Positions 27,634 to 36,413 of a stretch of 40,507 bases of DNA are shown here, one piece after another (positions within the stretch are counted from its first letter, which is position 1; every line of letters starts with the position of its first letter). The notes beneath the pieces are model-generated. The model was not told the origin of the DNA, did no database searches, and saw only the letters and a list, made by a program, of their open reading frames with translations. The DNA lies in contig JBMFMB010000014.1 of assembly GCA_049970895.1 (NCBI GenBank), positions 1-40,507 on the forward strand, in the 5' to 3' direction. A program made the translations under genes and the position numbers. This DNA comes from Candidatus Bathyarchaeia archaeon. Its GTDB lineage: Archaea > Thermoproteota > Bathyarchaeia > Bathyarchaeales > Bathycorpusculaceae.

Positions 27634-28566
27634 TTGACAAGTGCTAGAACAAGAAAATTAACATTGTTGGAGGGCATAGCCGCCGGGATTTTCTTCGGAA
27701 CAGCCTCCATATTTATCAGGTTCTTGCCAACATTAGACGTTTTTTCAATAGCCTTTTGGCGCCTAATAATTGCATGTGCAGTTCTAGCCGTGATAATTTT
27801 TGCTCTTAAAATGTCGCGTGGCTTGGGTTATACTTGGAAAAATTTGAAGAGGCTTGTTTTTCTGGGGTTTTTCCTAGGCTTGCACTTCATATTTTTCATA
27901 TCCGCTGTGAAGGACACTACGATTTTGAATGCCACGGTTCTAGTTAACACTACGCCTATTTTCTCTATGTTCCTCTCGTCCTTCCTCTTCGGTTTGAAGC
28001 CTTCCCGTCTTGCGGTTTTGGGAATAGCCATAGCCATAGGCGGAGTATGCATAATCGCTTATGCAGAAGCTGCCATTGCTGGCTCCATCAGCGTCACGAC
28101 AAGCGGGACTTCAAGCTTAAAGGGCGACTTAGAAGCCGTTCTAGCAGCTTTCTTTGAGGCACTTTACCTAAGCTATGGCAAGAAAGTGCGGGAGCAAAGT
28201 GCCATACTGCCCATAATGCTTTCCATATACATTTTCGCCGCCATCACCATAGCAGCGTTAAGCCCCTTTGGCGGAGGCGAAACACCGCAGTTTCCAACGG
28301 AGATTTCTTTGATTCTTCCGCTTTTGGGTTTGGGGGTTCTGCCAACAGCCGTAGCCCACACACTTTACTTCTCGTCTCTGTCAAACTTGAAGTCTTTTGA
28401 AACAGCGACCATGGCGCTTCTCGAACCTGTAGGAGCAACAGTTTTGGGCATAATCCTATTTAACGAGTGGCCCATCCCAATTTTTGTTGTTGGAACAGCT
28501 TTGACGCTGGCTGGAATAGTCTTCGTTTCTAGAGGGAAAGCTGAAAGGCTTTTACGAAACAGATAA
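27634..28566 (+). CDS. DMT/EamA family transporter
   Basis: About 10 TM helices in two EamA repeats; NTTPIF and LLEPVGA. Confidence 0.9.
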   Translation: MTSARTRKLTLLEGIAAGIFFGTASIFIRFLPTLDVFSIAFWRLIIACAVLAVIIFALKMSRGLGYTWKNLKRLVFLGFFLGLHFIFFISAVKDTTILNATVLVNTTPIFSMFLSSFLFGLKPSRLAVLGIAIAIGGVCIIAYAEAAIAGSISVTTSGTSSLKGDLEAVLAAFFEALYLSYGKKVREQSAILPIMLSIYIFAAITIAALSPFGGGETPQFPTEISLILPLLGLGVLPTAVAHTLYFSSLSNLKSFETATMALLEPVGATVLGIILFNEWPIPIFVVGTALTLAGIVFVSRGKAERLLRNR

Positions 28567-28608
28567 AAAGCTTCACAATATATTGTGCAGAAAGCGAGTT
28601 GAAATTCC

Positions 28609-29004
28609 ATGGTGTCTAACGACAAAATATTGAAGGCTTTGGAATCCGCAACCAGCTACTTGGAAAAATCGGTTTCAGCGCTGAAAAGTGGAAACGAGAA
28701 CTCCTTTACGGAAAATTTTTGGCATGTTGCCGCAGAGCTGGAATACGCCATCTTCATGTTCTCCCTCATGGTTCAGGAAGAAAGCGTTGACAAGTCAAAA
28801 TGGAAGCCAAACCCAGACGTTAAAAAGGATAATATTCGCAACGTTTTGGCTGAAGTTCAAGGCATGTTGGACAACGCTAAAAAGTTTTTGACAGGTGGCA
28901 AAGTATTAGATGCATACAAGAGCGTTTATGTGGCGAGGCACTGCGTTTTCGCTGTTGAGGAGAACCTTGCAAAGAAAAAGCGTGAACAATCGAAGGCGAG
29001 GTAG
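28609..29004 (+). CDS. Hypothetical helical protein, 131 aa
   Basis: ORF fills the gap exactly; WHVAAELEYAIFMFSL core; no family recognised. Confidence 0.7.
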   Translation: MVSNDKILKALESATSYLEKSVSALKSGNENSFTENFWHVAAELEYAIFMFSLMVQEESVDKSKWKPNPDVKKDNIRNVLAEVQGMLDNAKKFLTGGKVLDAYKSVYVARHCVFAVEENLAKKKREQSKAR

Positions 29005-29005
29005 G

Positions 29006-29287
29006 CTACTCCTCTTCTGGTATTTTCCGTCCCTTAACCTTTAAGGCGCCTCCTTCTCCACTTATAACCTTATAATAGTCCTTAAGCTCGCTTTTATGTA
29101 GGAACTTTCTAAGGAGCACCCTCAAATACTGTTTTGAGAAACTTTTCTCTTCGCCTTTCACAACTATTTCGTTTGTCAAGGTTTTCACTTCAGCATTTGT
29201 CTTTTCCTTCAAAAATTCTGCAAGCTCCTTTATGATGTCTCCGCCTTCAGCCTTAAGCTCTGATATGTCAACTTTTATTTCCGCCAT
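29006..29287 (-). CDS. rpl22e: Ribosomal protein eL22 (L22e)-like
   Basis: VDIS...LAEFLKEK...FSKQYLRVLLRKFLHKSELKDYYKVIS parallels eukaryotic eL22 [26 protein letters not shown]; acidic tail; strong RBS GGAGGCGG. Confidence 0.8.
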   Translation of the reverse strand: MAEIKVDISELKAEGGDIIKELAEFLKEKTNAEVKTLTNEIVVKGEEKSFSKQYLRVLLRKFLHKSELKDYYKVISGEGGALKVKGRKIPEEE

Positions 29288-29307
29288 TTTTCCGCCTCCA
29301 CTCCTCT

Positions 29308-29967
29308 TTACTTTCTAACCATAATAACTCTTACTTGATCACATGCGTCCTCACATGCGTCTGCAATCATCTCCATGGCTTCGAAAAGCTGACCAACCAA
29401 GACGGCGACTCCAGCCCTCTGCAAGTTCTCCCTCCCCAACAAGGTTCTCGCCTCCTCGTGCAAGTCGTCAACCTTCTCCTCCTCTCTTTCCACAGCGTCC
29501 GCCGCTTGGAGAGCTTCCTCCGGCTTTGTTAGTATCTTGTTTATGCACTTTTGAAGCATTATGGCACATTCCTTTACGCCTTTAGCCATCTCCACAAACT
29601 CTTTCTTGATGGAGGCTGGCACATATTCCATAGGCGTGGCCATCAAAACCCTTGTTGACTCTCTGCTCCAGTCTGCAACCATGTCCACCCTCTTGATAAG
29701 GTGCATGATGTCCTCCCTGGCTGTTGGTGATAGCTCTCCTCTTGAAACTTCATCCATCACTTTTCTGCGGAGGCTATCTGCCTCCCTTTCGCCGCTGGCA
29801 ATTCTTTCCACACAGTTTTGTAACCCTTTTTGATTGCCGTCCACAGCCGCCTTAACGGCTTTTTCTAAATCCTCAACTATGCCCGTTGTTATGGCGAGAT
29901 GCTGTTGTATCATTGTTAGGGCTTTTGTCTCCCTCCGCTTCTCAAACCATTTTATTAGTTCACTCAA
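29308..29967 (-). CDS. DUF47 (PhoU-like, phosphate-transport regulator family) protein
   Basis: EREADSLRR, REDI, DMVADW, EEKVDD, EMIADACEDACD. Confidence 0.9.
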   Translation of the reverse strand: MSELIKWFEKRRETKALTMIQQHLAITTGIVEDLEKAVKAAVDGNQKGLQNCVERIASGEREADSLRRKVMDEVSRGELSPTAREDIMHLIKRVDMVADWSRESTRVLMATPMEYVPASIKKEFVEMAKGVKECAIMLQKCINKILTKPEEALQAADAVEREEEKVDDLHEEARTLLGRENLQRAGVAVLVGQLFEAMEMIADACEDACDQVRVIMVRK

Positions 29968-31063
29968 CGGCTAACTCCTCCCTTAAGCCCAACTCTGGAT
30001 AGGCAAACAAGTGGGCGTTTTCCGGCTGAAAGCTTAAAGTAACCTTATCCCCTATATTAAACCATTCACACGCTAGCGAAGGCGTAACAACCACCACCAA
30101 ATCCTGATTTTCAAGCCTGACCTCATAGCGTACATTTGTTCCCTCAAAAGCCATTCTTTCAACAATGCCTAACATTGCGTTTTCATCTGTGCCTTTTCCC
30201 TTATTTATGGTGAAGGTTTCTGGTCTGATGGCTAATACTACTCTTTCGCCTTTGCCAATGCCCTTGTTGACTGCTTGAACTCTTAAGCCGCCTCGAAGCT
30301 CAACAACAGCCATTCGCCCCTTAATTTCAGCTATGAAACCTTCAAGAAAGTTTGAGCCTCCGATAAAGTTCGCCACAAAAATGCTTTGAGGATTCATGTA
30401 AAGCTCCTGGGGTGTCCCCACTTGCAGAATCTTTCCCTTCTTCATAACGGCTATTCTATCCGATATTGCCATAGCCTCAGACTGGTCATGGGTCACGTGT
30501 ATGGCTGTTAACTCCAAATCCTTTGTCATGCGCCTAATCTCATATCTAAGCTCATTTCTAACCTTAGCGTCCAAATGTCCCAAAGGCTCGTCTAAAAGTA
30601 GCAGCTTTGCACCAGCGGCAAGGGCTCTTGCAACGGCTACTCTCTGCATCATCCCACCGCTCAGCTCGCTTGGAAAGGCGTCCAAGCGCTCATGAAGCCT
30701 TACCATCTCCAAAACTTCATGTCCTATCCTTTCGGCTTTTTGCATGTCAAAACCTTTAACCCTTGGACCATAAGTGACGTTTTCCCATGCGTTCATGTGG
30801 GGGAAAAGTGCAAACGTTTGGAAGACAAAGCCGACATCGCGGTCTTCTGGCGGAACATTGTTTACAAGCCTATCGCCGATATATATTTCGCCCTCATCAG
30901 GCTCTATAAGCCCAGCAATAAGCCTGAGCAGAGTTGTTTTCCCACATCCGCTCGGTCCAAGAATAGAAAAATATTCCTTATTCCTAATGTGCAGGTTAAC
31001 TTTGTCAACCGCCACAATTTTGCCAAACCTTTTTGTAACGTTAACTAAGCGTACGTCTGGCAT
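29960..31063 (-). CDS. ABC transporter ATP-binding subunit (PotA/FbpC-like, TOBE domain)
   Basis: GPSGCGKTT, LSGGMMQR, LLLDEP, VTHDQ; start ATG 31063. Confidence 0.95.
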   Translation of the reverse strand: MPDVRLVNVTKRFGKIVAVDKVNLHIRNKEYFSILGPSGCGKTTLLRLIAGLIEPDEGEIYIGDRLVNNVPPEDRDVGFVFQTFALFPHMNAWENVTYGPRVKGFDMQKAERIGHEVLEMVRLHERLDAFPSELSGGMMQRVAVARALAAGAKLLLLDEPLGHLDAKVRNELRYEIRRMTKDLELTAIHVTHDQSEAMAISDRIAVMKKGKILQVGTPQELYMNPQSIFVANFIGGSNFLEGFIAEIKGRMAVVELRGGLRVQAVNKGIGKGERVVLAIRPETFTINKGKGTDENAMLGIVERMAFEGTNVRYEVRLENQDLVVVVTPSLACEWFNIGDKVTLSFQPENAHLFAYPELGLREELAVE

Positions 31064-31064
31064 G

Positions 31065-32696
31065 TTAATACCTCCCCTTACCCCTAACAATAAGCCTTAA
31101 GGCTAATAGGATTATGAAGGAGATTAATATTAAGAAACCGCAGCCCAAACCAATCTCCAAAGGTGTCGCTGCAACTTTCCCCTTAACCCAGTCCACAAGA
31201 ACCACCGGGGCGGTCTTAAGATGGGTGACAGCCAAAGTGGCACCGGTTTCGCTTATGCTTCTTGTGAAAACCATTATGGCGCCAGAAAACATCGAATACT
31301 TAGTCAACGGAAATATAATTGTTCTGAAAACGCAGAAGGGCTTGGCTCCTAAAGTTCTCGATGCTTCTTCAAGCTCTATGCTTATTCGCTCAACAGCCGC
31401 CGCCATAGACCTAACAAAATATGGATAAGTAATTGCCAAATGTGCAAAGACGAGAAGTAAAATATCTGGAATAAAAGCCAAAGTTTCTTTCCAGAAAAAG
31501 CGGAGGGAGACCCCCAAAGCCACCGACGGCACGATTATTGGAATGTCAACAAGAACGTTTATGGCTGATGAAGCTTTTCCAAGGCGTTTTCGAGCGACAA
31601 TTATCGCCATTGGCAGTCCTATAAGAACATTCAAAAAAGTGACGGCAGCCCCAAGCGAATAGGAGCGGATAAGGCTCTGCCAATACTCGCCCCAATGAGA
31701 GTCGCGGGACAAAGCTTTAGGCAATATGCCCGTTGTAATGGCTTCAAAAGCTGGAAGTGCCGCGAAAAGTGACGGAATTAAAACGACAGCCAAAAAAATT
31801 AGTAGTGTGATGCCGTCTCTGGCGAATGTTGCCGAAGAATAGCTCACTTTCCTCTCAAGTGTGGGCCACGCTCTTTTCACCGGTAGTTTAAATTTACCGC
31901 CTAGAATGCGAACCACCGCAAATATTAAGCATGAAACAACTATCAGAATTAGGCTAACGAAAACTGTTGCGCCGACATAAGTATCCTTTGTGTTTTGGAT
32001 AAATATTGGTCCGTTTTCAAAGGCTCCAGCAACCATCATTGTTGCTCCAGTTTCTGAAATAGACCTTGCAAAAGCCAAAACAAAAGCTGCAATTAATGAA
32101 GGCTTTATAATTCCAAAAGTGACTGTTCTAGCCGCCGTGAATGGCGGTGCGCCCAGAGTTCTTGACGCCTGCTCATACTCAATCTTATAATCTAACAGTG
32201 CGCCAACAATAACCCTTACCGCGACGGGATAAGAAAATGTGAAGTGAAGCAAAGCCACGAGAGGCAACCCAGGCGAAACGAGGGAATAGCCGAAAAGAGG
32301 CGAAATTTCTCCTGGTTTATACCAAAAAAGTAGAAGCGAATAGCCAAGCACGGCTGTCGGCACGATAAACGGGATGTCTGCAAGCGTGTCCAAAATGTTT
32401 ATCCATTTGGATTTGCTGCGGGCTATAAGCCAAGCCATCGGAATGCCAGCAGCCACATCCAAAATTGAAACCAGCACAGCCAAAACAAAGGAATTTTTCA
32501 CAGCCTCCAATGCGCGGGACAAAAGTTGGCTTTCTTCAAAAACTTCCCTCATAGAACCCCACTTGATAACTATGCCCAAAATTGGAGGAACCAAAATCAA
32601 AGCGAAAAAAAGTATAACGGCAGATAAATAGACCCCATATTTGACCGCTGGCTTTGAGGAAAGCCTATCAAGCTTCTCAACGAGTTTTTTGGGCAA
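31065..32696 (-). CDS. ABC transporter permease with two fused permease modules (FbpB/ThiP/ModB-like)
   Basis: Duplicated EQASRTLGA / EEASRTLGA EAA loops and RSISETGAT. Confidence 0.92.
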   Translation of the reverse strand: MPKKLVEKLDRLSSKPAVKYGVYLSAVILFFALILVPPILGIVIKWGSMREVFEESQLLSRALEAVKNSFVLAVLVSILDVAAGIPMAWLIARSKSKWINILDTLADIPFIVPTAVLGYSLLLFWYKPGEISPLFGYSLVSPGLPLVALLHFTFSYPVAVRVIVGALLDYKIEYEQASRTLGAPPFTAARTVTFGIIKPSLIAAFVLAFARSISETGATMMVAGAFENGPIFIQNTKDTYVGATVFVSLILIVVSCLIFAVVRILGGKFKLPVKRAWPTLERKVSYSSATFARDGITLLIFLAVVLIPSLFAALPAFEAITTGILPKALSRDSHWGEYWQSLIRSYSLGAAVTFLNVLIGLPMAIIVARKRLGKASSAINVLVDIPIIVPSVALGVSLRFFWKETLAFIPDILLLVFAHLAITYPYFVRSMAAAVERISIELEEASRTLGAKPFCVFRTIIFPLTKYSMFSGAIMVFTRSISETGATLAVTHLKTAPVVLVDWVKGKVAATPLEIGLGCGFLILISFIILLALRLIVRGKGRY

Positions 32697-32781
32697 ACCT
32701 ATCAGCCTAAATCCAACTCAGCAAACCAACGTGCTTCTTTTCTCATTCGCAAAATTTGCTGATAAGCTTTCCGTAGAAAAT

Positions 32782-32851
32782 GCGTCAGTTCGCCCGTCGA
32801 GTCATATCACAGCCGTAAGCCAGCTCTATTGACTCTCTAACTCATCATCCA
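32782..32851 (-). ncRNA. Box C/D guide sRNA, predicted targets 23S C1920 and 16S C1402 (E. coli numbering)
   Basis: Box C ATGATGA (32848-32842); guide GTTAGAGAGTCAA; D' TAGA (32828-32825); stem GCTG/CGGC; C' GTGATAT (32810-32804); guide GACTCGACGGGCGAA; box D CTGA (32788-32785). Confidence 0.85.
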
Positions 32852-32872
32852 AAATAGGGATATCAAACCATC

Positions 32873-32888
32873 AAATTTAAAGCTTCCC
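32873..32888 (-). promoter_or_regulatory. BRE/TATA-like promoter upstream of the C/D sRNA
   Basis: GGGAAGC-TTTAAATTT; TATA-like box begins 33 nt upstream of box C. Confidence 0.5.
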
Positions 32889-32923
32889 GCGCATTCAAAA
32901 TGGGGAAAAGGCAAGTTTTAAAA

Positions 32924-33304
32924 TTATTCGTATTTGCCTTTTCTTCTCTTTAGTAGGTTGACGTACTCTTCCACTGCTTTTTCAACGTCCCATTTGAAGC
33001 CGGACTCCCCGAAGGTTGCATTCCACCAGTTAATGAACCTTCTAAGGGAAACCTTCACAAAAAACGTAAAAGTGACGGCTGGGATGATGAAAGTTAAAAT
33101 GATGTTTACTGGGAAAGGAAAGGTCATAAGGAGATAGAGGCTTAAGAAAAATTCCCCTATCAAAAATATCGGTATTAAGATTCCCCAGAAGATTCCGCCA
33201 GCGCTTTCCAAGAAGTCTGTTCCGGGAACTTTCAGAATTAACCTATAAAACCATGGCAGATTTTTCTCTTCAAACCGTCTAGGTTTGTCATCCTTTTCTT
33301 CCAT
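32924..33304 (-). CDS. Hypothetical membrane protein (two TM helices)
   Basis: Two hydrophobic stretches with charged termini. Confidence 0.7.
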   Translation of the reverse strand: MEEKDDKPRRFEEKNLPWFYRLILKVPGTDFLESAGGIFWGILIPIFLIGEFFLSLYLLMTFPFPVNIILTFIIPAVTFTFFVKVSLRRFINWWNATFGESGFKWDVEKAVEEYVNLLKRRKGKYE

Positions 33305-33369
33305 GAAAACCGCATAGTTTAATGATTTTGTAAAACTTAAGCTTTGAGTAAACCATAACCTTTTGTCAT

Positions 33370-34184
33370 CTAACCTTCCACAACTCCAATTTTGGTTACT
33401 GATAATCCTCTTCTTTCCAACTCGTGAATGAATGGATTTATACCTAAGGAATCGCTGGCAATATGCCCTGTCACTATAAGGTTGCTTTTTCCCTCAACCC
33501 TCAATTTTTCTAGGTCTGGGGGTTTATGTGAATGTAAATTAGCGTGCCGGCATCGTACTTGAAATATGTTTTTGCAATTTCATAGCCTCCGTTGGTGGCT
33601 GCTGCGTGGGAAACAACAACTTTTCCAGCCTTGTTCTCCTCTTTTCCAAGGCAAACATTAATCCTTGTAAGGGCGTTTTTAAATTCTGGAAACTCCATTA
33701 GGGCGGAAACCACATCACCGACTGTAGATTCTTCTTTAACTTTTTTGTTGATCTGCTCAACCATCCTTTTTCTTCCAATTTCATCCAGCGGCATGTGTAT
33801 ATTCATGAAGGGCATCCCTAAAAGCCTTGCAAAATCCACAGCATGCGCATAATTCTTGGCGTGCGCCTCAACACTTAACTGTTCAAGTTTTCTGTTTACA
33901 GCCGCCTCAGCCATTTCCCGTGGGACACCAGCTTCCACCATCAGCTGAACATGCCTCCTAAAAACTTTTGGAAAGCCAAGAACCGCCGATCCACCAGCAT
34001 GATGATGAGCAATGACGGCGTCGTAGCCTAGCTGCTTGGCGAGGAGAAGCTCCGCTGGTCCAGCATCTATACAGAATAGAACTCGTTGAATGTTTTCACC
34101 TTCAACGTAAATGGCACTGTCTTCTGGAACCTCAGATAAACCAGCAAGTTTTACGGCTAACCCCATAATTTCTTCAGTGTTCAA
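33370..34184 (-). pseudogene. Nif3/YbgI-like dinuclear metal-centre protein with one frameshift in a C5 run
   Basis: DAVIAHH, NIHMPLD, YIH; adding one base at 33518-33522 gives NPPDLEKLRVEGKSNLIVTGHIASDSLGINPFIHELERRG...* ending at 33370. Confidence 0.75.
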
Positions 34185-34297
34185 AGCTTTTCACCTTTCA
34201 TGAGGGAACTGGATAATTTGTTAGGGCTAACTATTTATTAGTTCTGCAAAATTTTATCAAGGCGCAGAAAAAACATTGATTATGGATGTGTGATTTT

Positions 34298-34819
34298 ATG
34301 GAAGTTTTCGAAGCCATAAAAGGAAGACGAAGCATAAGAGCCTTCAAAGACGCTGATGTTTCACCGGAAATCGTCGAAAAACTCATCGAAGCCGCCAGAT
34401 GGGCACCTTCCGCTGGAAACATTCAGCCATGGGAATTTATTATTGTCCGCAATCCAGAAACCAAAAGGAGGCTGGCCGAGGCTGCCTTAGGCCAATCCTT
34501 CATCGAAGAGGCTCCAGTGGTTATTGTTGTGTGTGCGGATGAGGAGCGTTCTGCAAGAGGCTATGGCACACGTGGGAGAACTCTTTACTGTATACAGGAT
34601 ACTGCTGCAGCCATACAGAACATTCATTTGGCAGCCTACGCACTAGGCTTAGGAACATGCTGGGTTGGTGCCTTCAGAGAAGACGAGGCAAGAAAAATTC
34701 TAGGCATTCCAGAAGGAGTGAGACCAGTAGCCATAATCCCAGTTGGCTACCCGGCGGAGTTGCCCCAGCCACGGAGCAGGAGACCAATAAAACAGATAGT
34801 TCACTACGAAAAGTTTTAG
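34298..34819 (+). CDS. Nitroreductase family protein
   Basis: RRSIRAF, APSAGNIQPW, GLGTCWVG, IIPVGYP. Confidence 0.95.
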   Translation: MEVFEAIKGRRSIRAFKDADVSPEIVEKLIEAARWAPSAGNIQPWEFIIVRNPETKRRLAEAALGQSFIEEAPVVIVVCADEERSARGYGTRGRTLYCIQDTAAAIQNIHLAAYALGLGTCWVGAFREDEARKILGIPEGVRPVAIIPVGYPAELPQPRSRRPIKQIVHYEKF

Positions 34820-34831
34820 GGGCGAAGCATT

Positions 34832-35596
34832 ATGAAGATGCGAAGTTACTATCTTGGCGAGTTAACATGGGTTGACGTTGAAGAATTTCTTAAAAGGCAT
34901 AAAACTGTCATAGTGCCTTTTGGAAGCTGCGAACAGCACGGTCCCCATTTGCCACTTGACACTGACGCCTACGACGCCTTCTGGCTTTCCGTTAAAGCAG
35001 CCGAAGAAGCCCGGTGCGCTTTGGTGGCACCGCCAATCTATTATGGTGTCTCCTCCCATCATATGGACTTTCCGGGAACGATAACGCTGAATCCTCAAAC
35101 TTTGGAGCAAACAGCCTACGAGGTTGGCATCTGCCTAGTAAAGCATGGATTTAAGAAGGTACTCTTCGAGAATGGCCATGGCGGAAACACTCCAGCCTTG
35201 GAAGCTGCAGCTCAGAGGATTAAGGCTGAGACGGACGCTTTTGTAGCCATAGACACCGTCAGCCTCATACCAGACTTCATAGAACAGTTTATAGAAACGC
35301 CCTATGACGCGCATGCCGGAGAGTTTGAAACCTCCACAAGCCTAGCCAACCGAGAAAAATACGTTGTGAAAGAGCGAATTGCAAAACCACAGATAACCCT
35401 TCCAAAATCAAAATACATAAAGATTGGGCTTAAAGAGGCGGGGCCGAAAGTTTCATGGGCTTTCAGGACAAAGGAGATAAGCAGCACAGGCGTGATCGGA
35501 GACCCAACCAAAGCCTCAAAGGAGAAGGGCGAAAAAGCATGGAAACTCGCCATAGAAAGACTTGCTGAACTCCTAAAAGAGCTTGACAGCATGTGA
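34832..35596 (+). CDS. Creatininase/creatinine amidohydrolase family protein
   Basis: GSCEQHGPHLPLDTD, NGHGGN, HAGEFETS, GVIGDP. Confidence 0.93.
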   Translation: MKMRSYYLGELTWVDVEEFLKRHKTVIVPFGSCEQHGPHLPLDTDAYDAFWLSVKAAEEARCALVAPPIYYGVSSHHMDFPGTITLNPQTLEQTAYEVGICLVKHGFKKVLFENGHGGNTPALEAAAQRIKAETDAFVAIDTVSLIPDFIEQFIETPYDAHAGEFETSTSLANREKYVVKERIAKPQITLPKSKYIKIGLKEAGPKVSWAFRTKEISSTGVIGDPTKASKEKGEKAWKLAIERLAELLKELDSM

Positions 35597-35657
35597 GCCC
35601 AGCGCGCTTAAGAAAAAGATTAATCTGCAATCTGACAATTGCTTTCTGGGTTAACTT

Positions 35658-36059
35658 ATGAGCAATTTAGAGGAGGGCTTGAGGTGGCTGGACCAGGCGG
35701 AAGCCGATTTCAAAACGGCTAGAGACTGCCTAAAAGACGGAAATTTTTATGCTTGTGCCTTTTTCGCCCAACAGTCGGCTGAAAAAGCGTTGAAGGGTTT
35801 CCTATACTCAAAGGGTTACAGAGCCCTGATAACGCATTCTGTCACCGAACTACTTGAAGAAGCCTCCAAAATCGAGAAGGGTTTCGGAAGGTTTGTTGAT
35901 TGTGGGCGGGAGCTCGACAGGCATTACATTGGTTCAAGGTACCCGAACTTTTATCCGAAGGGACCAGCCTATAAATATTACACGGAGGAAATAGCCAACA
36001 GATGCTTAAACTACGCAGAGTCGATATTGAAAGAAGTGAAGAAGTTTTTGAGAAAATAA
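35658..36059 (+). CDS. HEPN domain protein
   Basis: WLDQAEAD, ACFFAQQSAEKALK, THS, LDRHYIGSRYP. Confidence 0.92.
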   Translation: MSNLEEGLRWLDQAEADFKTARDCLKDGNFYACAFFAQQSAEKALKGFLYSKGYRALITHSVTELLEEASKIEKGFGRFVDCGRELDRHYIGSRYPNFYPKGPAYKYYTEEIANRCLNYAESILKEVKKFLRK

Positions 36060-36367
36060 ACGCCTACTTAAACAAAGTTATCAAACATCTTAACCCATAC
36101 CTCGTCATTCTTTTTGGCTCGTTTGCAACCGGCGAAATAAATGAAGGCTCAGACATAGACATTCTCGTTGTCGCAGACTTTAAGGAAGATTTTCTGGAGA
36201 GAATAGGAACTTTGATGAGGCTAAACACCTTTAGCATACCAGTTGAGCCTGTTGGTTATACGCTTGAAGAGTTTGAGGAAATGAAACGCCGAGGAAACCC
36301 CTTCATTTTAGAGGTTTTGGAGAAGGGCAAAGTCCTATACAAGTCCGAACGTGCCAGTTGCCACTAA
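36002..36367 (+). CDS. Minimal nucleotidyltransferase (MNT)
   Basis: LFGSFATG...SDIDILVV; overlaps the HEPN gene. Confidence 0.92.
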   Translation: MLKLRRVDIERSEEVFEKINAYLNKVIKHLNPYLVILFGSFATGEINEGSDIDILVVADFKEDFLERIGTLMRLNTFSIPVEPVGYTLEEFEEMKRRGNPFILEVLEKGKVLYKSERASCH

Positions 36368-36413
36368 ACTTAATATTGAGGGGATACTCCCTTAATCCTT
36401 TGAGGAGTTAGTT

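Noticed and set aside
29340-29362. Short tandem repeat CACATGCGTC
   Set aside because: Encodes the DACEDACD repeat of the DUF47 protein.
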